A DNA stretch of 64,000 nucleotides from Octopus sinensis (lineage: Eukaryota). Both the position numbers and the translations under genes were made by a program. The notes under the pieces are model-generated. The model was given only the letters and a program-made list of their open reading frames with translations. It was not told the origin of the DNA and did no database searches. Below are positions 56,559 through 64,000 of this stretch, piece by piece (position 1 is the first letter of the stretch; every line of letters starts with the position of its first letter). The stretch lies in NCBI RefSeq assembly GCF_006345805.1, contig NC_043017.1:6820001-6884000 (forward strand). Direction: 5' to 3'.

Positions 56559-57832
56559 CCTTTCTACTGGAAGCACACGGTCTCAAATTGGGGGTGGGTA
56601 AGGAATTAAGTCGATTACATCGACCCCAGTGCGTAGCTGGTACTTATTTAATCGACACCGAAAAGATGAAAAGTAAAGTCGACCCCTGCGGCATTTGAAC
56701 TCAGAACGTAGTGACGGCCGAAATATCTATTTCTTTACTACCCACAAGGGGCTAAACACAGAGAGGACAAACAAGGACAAAAGGATTAAGTCGATTATAT
56801 CGACCCCAGTGCGTAACTGGTACTTAATTTATCGACCCTGAAAGGATGAAAGGCAAAGTCGACCTCGGCGGAATTTGAACTCAGAACGTAACGGCAGACG
56901 AAATACCGCTAAGCATCTCGCCCGGCGTGCTAACGATTCTGCCAGCTCGCCACCTTGATAATTATAATAATTGGAACTGCACGCATATTACGTAAAATAC
57001 TGTCTGTCTCTCTGTCTGAGGTCCTTTTTGTGACACAATATCTTCAACCAACAACATACGATATTGTATTCTGTGCAACGTCTATAATAATAATAATAAT
57101 GAAGATAATGAACAGCTGGCGCCGTAGTACATCTCCAGTGTTAGGAGCTGTTCAAAGACAATAAATAATAATAATGATGATGATAAAATAATAAAAATAT
57201 CATCATTAGTGTTGCCTTTTCGTTGTACAGACGGTTGTTGTTTGGGTTAAACAAAAAAAGCCCTCTTGCTTGTCTTCGTCTGCGATATCTTTTCATTCAC
57301 GTCCATGTCAAATCATTGACCCAGTTAAGGTGACACTTTCCGCATGTATGTCTTTTCGCCATTCAAAGGGGCCAGCTGAGATAGGGGTGGCGTTGTGCTT
57401 TCTGTATGCCTTCCTGTCTCCCCAACCCACCGTACCCACCCCAAAAGGAGGGGCTGAAGTGTTAATGAAACTCATTATCTCGTGTGACTTGTAGGAGGTC
57501 AAACGCTGAGAGACTGGAAAACCAGGGTGAGGCTGATAACAGGGTGTCTAAGAGAAAAAAGGGCTCGTTGTGTGGCTCGTAGCTGGAACTCAGTATCTTT
57601 GACACACGCACGCACACACACGCACACACACACACACACACACAGACACACACACACGCGCGCGCGCGCGCGCGCACGCACACACGCACAGCACACACGC
57701 ACGTAGGGAGATAAGGTTTTTTAGCAGACATGTATGCGTGTTTGTCACACACACACATATACACACACACATTCACAAACACACACAGAGGGAAAGATTG
57801 TGGTATTAATAGATATACAGCTATATGCAAGC

Positions 57833-57883
<51 letters not shown>

Positions 57884-59608
57884 ACGCAAGCATACACACA
57901 GAGGGAGAGGGGCATTTTAGTAGATATATAGTTATATGTACGCGACACACTCATACACAAACAGGAAGATAGTTTGTTAGCGCGCACACACACACACTCT
58001 CAGAAGGAGAAATTCCAGTATTAGGAGATATATATATATTTCTTTATTGCCCACGAGGGGCTAAACATAGAGGGGACAAACAAAGACAGACAAAGGGATT
58101 AAGTCGATTACGTCGACCCCAGTGCGTAACCGGTACTTTATTTATCGACCCCGAAAGGATGAAAGGCAAAGTTGACCTCGGCGATATATAGACGTATCTA
58201 GGGCGGCGAGCTGGCAGAAACGTTAGCACGCCGGGCGAAATGCGTAGCCGTATTTCGTCTGCCGTTACGTTCTGAGTTCAAATTCCGCCGAGGTCGACTT
58301 TGCCTTTCATCCTTTCGGGGTCGATAAATTAAGTACCAGTTACGTACTGGGGTCGATGTAATCGACTTAATCCGTTTGTCTGTCCTTGTTTGTGTCCCCA
58401 CTGTGTTTAGCCCCTTGTGGGTAGTAAAGAAATAGATATATAGACGTATGCAGGCATCATACACACGTACACATTCACAAACGCACGCATACATACACAC
58501 ACACAACTGAAACCGACGTGATATGCGTGAATTTATAGAAACTATATACATAATTTGTGAAGGCACATGGCCTAGTGGTTAGAGCAGCGGACTCGCCGTC
58601 GAGGGATCGCGGGTTCGAATCTCAGACCGGGCGATGTGTGTGTTTATGAGCGAAACACCTAAGCTCCACGTGGCTCCGGCAGAGGTTAATGGCGAACTTC
58701 TGCTGACTCTTTCGCCACAACTTTCTCTCACTCTTTCCTCCTGCATCTTGCAGCTCACCTGCGACGGACCGGCGTCCCGTCCAGGTGGGGAACCTATACG
58801 CCAAGGAAACCGGGAAACCGGCTCTATGAGCGTGCCTCGAGAAGGAACAAACAATATACATAATTTATACCATTATGAAGTGTGTAAACCTATTATAAGA
58901 GTATGAAATGTATGCAGTAATCCCTCGGCTATCGAAGGATTTCTGTAAACAGTAAACGACAAAAAACATATATATATACCTATCAGCTGCAGAAACCCGG
59001 ATATACTGAGGAGTCTACGACATAAATTTACATATATTCTTTTCTGCTGTAGGCATAAGGCCTGAAATTTTTGGAGAAGGGGCCAGTTGATTAAATCGAC
59101 CCCAGTACGCAACTGGTACTTAATTCATCAACCCCGAAAGGATGAAAGGCAAAGTCGACCTCGGCGGAATTTGAACTTAGAACGTAAAGACACGAAATAC
59201 CGCTAAGCACTTTGGCGGGATTTGAACTCAGAACGTAGCGGCAGACGAAATACCGCTAAGCATTTCGCCCGGCGTGCTAACGTTTCTGCCAGCTCGCCGC
59301 CCTGCTATATAGATATATGTATCTATCCATCTAGGTGTATGCAGATACATTCCACCTGTGACCATCACGTCCATTTCCTTTCTCATTCTTTAATGTTTAG
59401 ACAGTAAATGTAAGATTATATCATTTGATATATTCCATGCGCAGGAGTGGCTGTGTGGTAAATAGCTTGCTAACCAACCACATGGTTCCTGGTTCAGTCC
59501 CACTGCGTGGCATCTTGGGCAAGTGTCTTCTGCTATAGCTCCGGGCCGACCAATGCCTTGTGAGTGGATTTGGTAGACGGAAACTGAAAGAAGCCCGTCG
59601 TATATATG

Positions 59609-59639
<31 letters not shown>

Positions 59640-60556
59640 TTGTGTGTCTGTGTTTGTCCCCCTAGCATTGCTTGACAACCGATGCTGGTGTGTTTACATC
59701 CCCGTCACTTAGCGATTCGACAAAAGAGACCGATAGGATAAGCACTGGGCTTACAAAGAATAAGTCCCGGGGTCGATTTGCTCGACTAAAGGCGGTGCTC
59801 CAGCATGGCCGCAGTCAAATGACTGAAACAAGTAAAAGAGTAAAGAGTAAAGAGTATGCGTGTTATAGAATAATTAGGTCGTGGCTTGAGGTAGATTTGG
59901 CTGCTTTTTCTTGCAGCTAATTGACTGATCGTATAAAGGCCCTCTCGCCGTCGTCGACGCTGTCGTCGTCTTCGGCCTTGATTTAGAAAAATCTATGATC
60001 TGAAGCATTCCAACCGGGACCATCCCACTTGATTATCGCCACCAGTCCAGGAAACAGTTCCTCCAGCTTCAGACCTCGTTATTCAACATGTCCTTCCTTT
60101 TTTAAAAGACAGAGTGATCTGAGAGTGAATCGGTTGCTATTTTTAGCATGTGAAGCGAATTCTCTGAATTATTAAGTTTCCAAACAAGAGCCCTACATCG
60201 TTCCCTAACTCCATTGTCCCCTATTTCTACCCATTAGCAAATATAGGCTAAATTCGTGACTTCGAAACCAACAAATAAATATTTTTAAAATCTCATCTCT
60301 TCCCCACCCCTCTCTCTCTCTCTCTCTTCTGCTCTCTTTTTCGTTCTCCCTCTCCCTTGCTCCCTTTGTCGCTCTCTGTCGCTCTCATCTTCCTTCTCTC
60401 TTTCTCCTATCTTTCTCTCTCCATCCCCTCTCTCTTTTCTTCTCTCTCCTTCCCTCCCTCAATTCATTTTTCTTTTCTGTCTCTCTTTCCCTCTCTCTCC
60501 AAATCTTTCTCTTTTTTCTCTGTCTTCCACTTTGTTTATTTCTCCCTCTTCCTCTT

Positions 60557-60605
<49 letters not shown>

Positions 60606-60739
60606 AACAGCATCACACACACACACACATTTAGTTAATTACCACCAGCTGTCAATTAAACAATGTGCTTTTCTGTTGTAATCAAATTGATATCTGCTGC
60701 CAGATCTAAGCTTGAAACATCTTGGAGATGTAAAAGACT

Positions 60740-60788
<49 letters not shown>

Positions 60789-62061
60789 TCTCTCTCTCTC
60801 TCCCTCCCTCCCTCCCTCAAACGACACAACACAACTGTTAACTGCTTTAATTAATAGTTTAGGGTTCATAAAAGCCATCGCAACACCTTTTTTTCTCTTC
60901 CATCTCACTTTCCCCATTTTTTTTTTCTTTTTTACCATTTTGTTTCCTTCTTCTTCTTCTGCTTTCTTTTTCTTTTTCTTCTTTTTGCCTTCTTTCCTCT
61001 CCTTCGTCCTTTCCTCTTCTCATTCTCCCTCGTCTTCATCTTTCTTTGCCTTCTTTATTCTTCGTCTTCTACATCCTCTTCATTTTCTTCTGATTCGTCT
61101 TCTTTCTTGTTTCTTTTCTTCTTCGTCGTCTTCTCCTCCTCCTTCTACCTTCTTTTTCGTCTACTCCTCCTTTTTCTTCCTCTTCCTTCTTCTTCGCCTT
61201 CTTGTTCTTCCTCCTCCCCTCTTTCTTCTTCGTCCCCTCCCCACCTTCTCCTTCCACCCAAAACTCAAACACTATGGAATTACATGTCTTTGCTTTGGTC
61301 GTGCTACTTGTTTGTTTCTAGGTCAGTCCTGACCCAGTAACCTCATAATCAGAGGCAATCCTCGCATGGCCATCTCGTCTTTTTGTAAAAGAATGAAACA
61401 CTACCTAGTATACTGTGATTTTAGTGAAATTTGGCTTCTATTTCTAAGCAGGTCGAACGATCGAATAGAACAGTCCCTATCATGGGGGCACCCGAAACCC
61501 CTAGATGTGCAAGATGGCATTTAAGGGATAGATTGTCGCCTTCACTTATGGGATCGCTTGTAGGAGCCGTCTAAATTCTTTTGGTACCAGAATATTATGG
61601 ATTACCATTGGTCGGAATTTGTATCCGACCAATGACTCGACTCAGAAACTGGGATTGCATCTTATTACTTGTATGATTCGGGAGCGTCAGCTCAGACTGG
61701 TTGGTCATGTTGCTTAATTTTCCGAGTTGCATCCTGTGCCACCGTGTTGTCTACTCTGAGGATCCGGCTGGGTTGCTGGCTCGTGTCGGTCGGTTGGCCA
61801 CACGCCATGTAGCCAGGGGCAGGTGAGGAAGTATCTCGCAATAAAGGGGACAAATTGGGACACTGCCCAGAGTGACCTGACCAACAAACGCCGGATGCAT
61901 TGACACACTGTAACGGCTCATGCTCTCATACATGACTTGGCCTTATTCTGTCCGTCATTTTTGCTGGAACTGCTAAGTTATGGGGTTGTAAACAAACCAA
62001 CACCAATGTAAAGCGGCATGGGGAAGAGGACATAAGCACACACACACACACACACACACAC

Positions 62062-62093
<32 letters not shown>

Positions 62094-64000
62094 ATCGACG
62101 GGGTTCCGTATAGTTTCCGTCCATTAAATTCACTCACAAATGTATTAGTCAGACTAAGGCTATATCCTTTTCTACTCTAAGCACAGGCCCGAAATTTTGA
62201 GTGGAGGGGCCAGTCGATTAGATCGACCCCCAGTACGCAACTGGTACTTGATTTATCAACCCCGAAAGGATGAAAAGCAAAGTCGACCTCGGCAGAATTT
62301 GAACTCAGAACGTAACGGCAGACGAAATACCACTAAGCATCTCGCCTGGCGTGCTAACGATTCTGCTAGTTCGCCGCCATTGGAAGGCACTAAGGCTATA
62401 ATGGAAGACACTTGCCCAAAGTGCCATGCAGTAGGACTGAACCTGAAACCAAGTGATCGCAAAGCGAGTTTCTTAACCACACAGCCCAGCTTGGTGGAAA
62501 GCTTAACAAAATATGGAGCTGAGACTTACCTGAAGAAAGAACTATAGCATAGGCGCACGCTATATGGAAGCCTTTACACGAATCTATGATCACTCGCATC
62601 GTGTACATACTCATCTGGAAGAGAGAAAAGATAAAATAAAACCAGTTTTTCGTCATAAGTATATATTAGCGACAAAGGAAGCATTAACACTGCAAAGTAA
62701 TATTGGGTTGTCCGGAAAGTTCGTGCCGATTTTTGAAGGAAAGAAAAAGGTCAATAAATACTTGCAATTACATTTTTAATCAACCAAATATGGACTATTT
62801 TGTTGCACAATCTTTCCTTTAACTTGAAAATACCCTCTTCCCAGAATTGAAGCCGAAAGGTAAGCTACTAAAAATCGGCACGAACTTTCCGGACAACCAA
62901 TATTTAACGGCATTTAAATGCGTTCGACGCTCTGACAATTCTACCAATCAATGATTTACTATGCCGAGCAAGGGGAGTGGGGTGTATTTATGCATTCGAA
63001 GTACTCTGAGTTCTTCGTTTCTGTGCGTCCGTTTCGACAAGAATATGAATTCTGATCGAGCGAACGAACGCGCGCGTGTGTGTATGATGTGTGTATGTGT
63101 GTGTGTTGAAATGGCACTTTTCGTCGATGTATGAGAACTTACTACGTGTTGAACATAAGGGTAATATTAACAAATTTCCGTTTTTACGACTTGAGTTTCA
63201 CGCTACAGCGATTATCAGGCCAGAACTGCCATAACTGTTTTTCCTTTATCCAGCAGTGCGGACTGTTTTTTTTTTTCTCTTTTTTTTATTTATTCATGTC
63301 GTTTGGGTTAACCGATTAATCTTTCTTGTATTTTTTTAACCACTAAACGTTGTCTGCAACTTAGTTACCAATATTGTATTCTGTTTCATTAGAGGTACAT
63401 GTCCAGTACTGGTGGCGTGAAACGTGAGTCGCAAAAAAAGAACTCAGAATATATGTGTGTTTGTGTGTCTCACGTACAAGCTAAGTCTGTACGTGTGTGC
63501 CTGTATGTGTGTGTGTGCAAGCGTGCATGCAGAGAAAGGTTAACAGATAATTCATAAACACATCAATTGATGAGCAAATGGGTGAATAGATTATGCGATT
63601 AGTTACAGACAGTTTCTCAAACATAGAAGATGTAAAACACTCATGTCATGCTTTAATTTCACGTCTGTCAACTTTACTCTGAAGAAGGACTTTATCCGAA
63701 ACGTTAGATACTCTACTCCCCACAGGAATATCACTGTACTCTTTCGGTCACTTTTTACAAATAATGCAAGTCTTACCGACGCAGACCACCACCAGTCTTC
63801 TTAGATTTTGTTCTATCTGTCAGATTGATTAACGTATGGTTGGTTGAACGGTTTGGATTAAAAATAAAGAAGGAATCTCTACTAACCTTTCTTAGTATGC
63901 CACGTAAGGAAGTAACTACGACTCGACACATTGGTAGAAGAACCAATCCACAATTGAGATTTATCACAGCCGCCGACCCACGTGAGATACACAGCGATGA
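30964..64000 (-). CDS. NOX4: NOX4-like NADPH oxidase, 16 coding exons in window (5' exons outside window)
   Basis: Sixteen exons join in one frame (1533 nt); all introns within the window are GT-AG. The protein has a ferric-reductase TM domain with His pairs 14 and 13 residues apart, FAD motif EWHPYSLTS, and DGPFS, GGIGITPF, GRPDW, VFACGP and terminal HEEIF*. NOX4-type segments include SRGSAAVINLNCGLVLLPMCR, HTPGC and CDEEPQF. Confidence 0.93.
31490..31640 (-). mobile_element. 5'-truncated SINE-A, tail type 1
   Basis: 10-bp TSD TTCAAATACC. Confidence 0.9.
33185..33369. repeat. 37-bp tandem repeat, 5 copies
   Basis: GACCCAAATGAAAGGGCCCATTGCTGTTGCTTTTCTA x5, no spacers. Confidence 0.95.
33607..33707 (-). 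CDS. NOX4: NOX4-like exon (ex17): DLPVSYREYVRKRLTYGRPDWKELFNEIVASHST
   Basis: 101 nt, phase 0-2; TTTTAG| acceptor, |GTAAGT donor; GRPDW motif. Confidence 0.94.
33840..34795. repeat. (CT)n-rich tract and (GT)n-rich tract in the intron between NOX4 exons 16 and 17
   Basis: Visible directly in the sequence. Confidence 0.9.
34823..34897 (-). CDS. NOX4: NOX4-like exon (ex16): LWESNLPDIFDVRFHFTEISKNLCD
   Basis: 75 nt, phase 0-0; TTTGCAG| acceptor, |GTAAGT donor. Confidence 0.92.
35030..36815. mobile_element. Cluster of SINE-A and SINE-B copies in both orientations
   Basis: SINE-B(-) 35030-35300; SINE-A pieces 35340-36410; SINE-B(+) 36470-36815. Confidence 0.8.
37020..37131 (-). CDS. NOX4: NOX4-like exon (ex15): TNKKQQWKFRRIYLIWINKNIQNIRWFGELIHSLHEE
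   Basis: 112 nt, phase 2-0; TTTGTTAG| acceptor, GAG|GTGAGT donor. Confidence 0.94.
38300..38434 (-). CDS. NOX4: NOX4-like exon (ex14): TQKVKVNLDGPFSSPMEDMSTYRLLLCIAGGIGITPFASFLDAFR
   Basis: 135 nt, phase 2-2; TTGCAG| acceptor, CAG|GTATAT donor; NADPH-binding GGIGITPF. Confidence 0.95.
38973..39048 (-). CDS. NOX4: NOX4-like exon (ex13): RLRKLIEDCQEESHYINEEADNIAR
   Basis: 76 nt, phase 1-2; TTTTAG| acceptor, CAG|GTATGT donor. Confidence 0.9.
40643..40700 (-). CDS. NOX4: NOX4-like exon (ex12): CPKKGSAFTVHIRSRGDWSG
   Basis: 58 nt, phase 0-1; TTTCAG| acceptor, CAG|GTGATT donor; HIRxxGDW motif. Confidence 0.93.
41600..42375 (-). mobile_element. Two SINE-B copies in tandem
   Basis: Full copy at 41600-41997 directly followed by a second, more diverged copy. 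Confidence 0.88.
42554..42616 (-). CDS. NOX4: NOX4-like exon (ex11): YVLLQFPAISVFEWHPYSLTS (FAD motif)
   Basis: 63 nt, phase 0-0; CAACAG| acceptor after a long pyrimidine tract, |GTAAGT donor. Confidence 0.94.
45818..45979 (-). CDS. NOX4: NOX4-like exon (ex10): SYLWVTAPILLYIGDVVYRIRRRSTSAHIIQTVLHDDVIELKMVKDGLTAHAGQ
   Basis: 162 nt, phase 0-0; TTTTACAG| acceptor, CAG|GTGTGT donor; TM6 plus the start of the FAD domain. Confidence 0.92.
46620..46915 (+). mobile_element. SINE-C, tail type 3; partial copy at 47655-47830
   Basis: Same head and body as the other SINE-C copies; tail GGCGTCATT..AGGCTAAAACAATGCG...GATAGCCTGGTCGG. Confidence 0.85.
47020..47173 (-). CDS. NOX4: NOX4-like exon (ex9), E-loop: GPIRMQLNIKYHTPGCKFRNLSFPWPEPEFYHAFKSYSCDEEPQFGEIGCQ
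   Basis: 154 nt, phase 2-0; TTCCAG| acceptor, CAG|GTAACC donor. Confidence 0.92.
48265..48664 (+). mobile_element. Non-autonomous Helitron
   Basis: A|TC 5' end, subterminal hairpin CCCGAGCAACGCTGGG, CTAG|T 3' end, no TSD, internal duplication of about 100 bp. Confidence 0.85.
48726..48806 (-). CDS. NOX4: NOX4-like exon (ex8): DNNYDLFWFSHRLIVLMYILLMVHAFR (TM5, two haem His)
   Basis: 81 nt, phase 2-2; TTGCAG| acceptor, TAG|GTAACG donor. Confidence 0.94.
   Translation of the reverse strand, partial: RQQLRSVLVQPSANRLNVHPSHGTRV
48944..49324 (-). mobile_element. SINE-C, tail type 1
   Basis: 15-bp TSD CACACACACATATAT. Confidence 0.9.
49340..50945 (+). mobile_element. Decayed RLE-type (R4/Dong-like) LINE split by nested SINEs
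   Basis: FHRNSE../YLYLKQKQGG (RT thumb-like) at about 49375-49430; YNRPDIMIWDKRKE..VEIRCP (PD-D/ExK endonuclease-like) at about 50625-50700; SINE-A 49733-49966 (14-bp TSD) and SINE-B 50225-50625 lie between them. Confidence 0.7.
51905..51977 (-). CDS. NOX4: NOX4-like exon (ex7): VSGTTGIMMMFILCLVVTTSLKYIR (TM4)
   Basis: 73 nt, phase 1-2; TTTCAG| acceptor, CAG|GTAAAG donor. Confidence 0.92.
53272..53299 (-). CDS. NOX4: NOX4-like 28-nt micro-exon (ex6): DPLWIILGT
   Basis: Phase 0-1; TTTTCTCTCTACAG| acceptor, CAG|GTTGGT donor; needed to keep the frame between the flanking exons. Confidence 0.88.
53441..53615 (+). mobile_element. Tc1-type TIR fragment
   Basis: TA|CAGGGGTTGGACAAAATAATGGAAACACC. 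Confidence 0.7.
53625..54520. mobile_element. hAT-like non-autonomous element with internal tandem repeats and nested SINE-A (53993-54226)
   Basis: Right end ...CTTATAACGGCACTG; 17-bp repeats at about 53790-53973; subterminal TTATTGACAGCAAG...GAGGCCCCTGGGCA repeats; SINE TSD AATATTAGCTTATTGA (16 bp). Confidence 0.6.
54635..54732 (-). CDS. NOX4: NOX4-like exon (ex5): VIHYTAHVINARNFSMNYNRIYTNVNAAKYQYE
   Basis: 98 nt, phase 1-0; CTCCAG| acceptor, |GTGAGT donor; second haem His and NFS sequon. Confidence 0.93.
56555..56955 (-). mobile_element. SINE-A dimer (tail-1 copy joined to a head-truncated tail-2 copy)
   Basis: Sense junction AAAGAAATA|GATATTTCGG at 56727. Confidence 0.88.
56970..57100 (+). 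mobile_element. 5'-truncated R4/Dong-like LINE 3' end in (TAA)n
   Basis: IGTARILRKILS resembles the C-terminal GTARILRKVL motif of RLE elements; a short 3'UTR follows, with TAA repeats on both sides. Confidence 0.7.
58036..58434. mobile_element. Head-to-head SINE-A pair (inverted repeat)
   Basis: Minus copy 58036-58182; plus copy about 58200-58434 with 15-bp TSD GATATATAGACGTAT. Confidence 0.9.
59435..59855 (+). mobile_element. SINE-B, full length
   Basis: Near-identical to 25692-26108 and 50225-50625. Confidence 0.9.
60300..61260. repeat. Polypyrimidine (CT/CTT) low-complexity tract
   Basis: Visible directly in the sequence. Confidence 0.9.
62165..62386 (-). mobile_element. SINE-A tail type 2 nested in a SINE-B
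   Basis: 12-bp TSD ACTAAGGCTATA. Confidence 0.85.
62530..62614 (-). CDS. NOX4: NOX4-like exon (ex4): MSMYTMRVIIDSCKGFHIACAYAIVLSS, B-loop and first haem His
   Basis: 85 nt, phase 0-1; TTCCAG| acceptor, CAG|GTAAGT donor. Confidence 0.92.
62701..62902. mobile_element. Mariner-type MITE
   Basis: TIRs of about 32 bp: TATTGGGTTGTCCGGAAAGTTCGTGCCGATTTT / AAAATCGGCACGAACTTTCCGGACAACCAATA. Confidence 0.9.
63887..64000 (-). CDS. NOX4: NOX4-like exon (human exon 3 equivalent): SSLCISRGSAAVINLNCGLVLLPMCRVVVTSLRGILRK
   Basis: 114 nt open to the window edge; donor AAG|GTTAGT; the acceptor lies outside the window. Confidence 0.92.

Overview
This is eukaryotic, very repeat-rich DNA. The SINE families and microsatellite density point to an octopod cephalopod (Octopus-like); this is an inference. 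The right half (30964-64000, minus strand) holds 16 coding exons of a NOX4-like NADPH oxidase, reconstructed by hand from GT-AG sites and motifs. They give 1533 nt (510 aa plus stop) in one continuous frame, with four haem His, the HPYSLTS FAD motif, the GGIGITPF and VFACGP NADPH motifs and a C-terminal HEEIF*. Exon sizes and phases match human NOX4 exons 3-18 as I recall them; exons 1-2 lie beyond the window edge. The left half has no securely identified gene, only three candidate + strand exons. The rest is three tRNA-headed SINE groups with swappable tails, fragments of Tx1-, CR1- and R4/Dong-type LINEs, mariner/Tc1/hAT MITEs, a non-autonomous Helitron, large micro- and minisatellites and a 100-N gap. 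Four observations stand out. (i) The NOX4 E-loop is 21 aa shorter than in human but keeps the His/Cys/Cys triad, while the B-loop has lost most of its arginines. (ii) One SINE tail resembles a LINE-type 3' end that abuts a (TCTA)n array. (iii) That SINE shows an RRTA insertion preference. (iv) It inserts into its own head, building SINE multimers.
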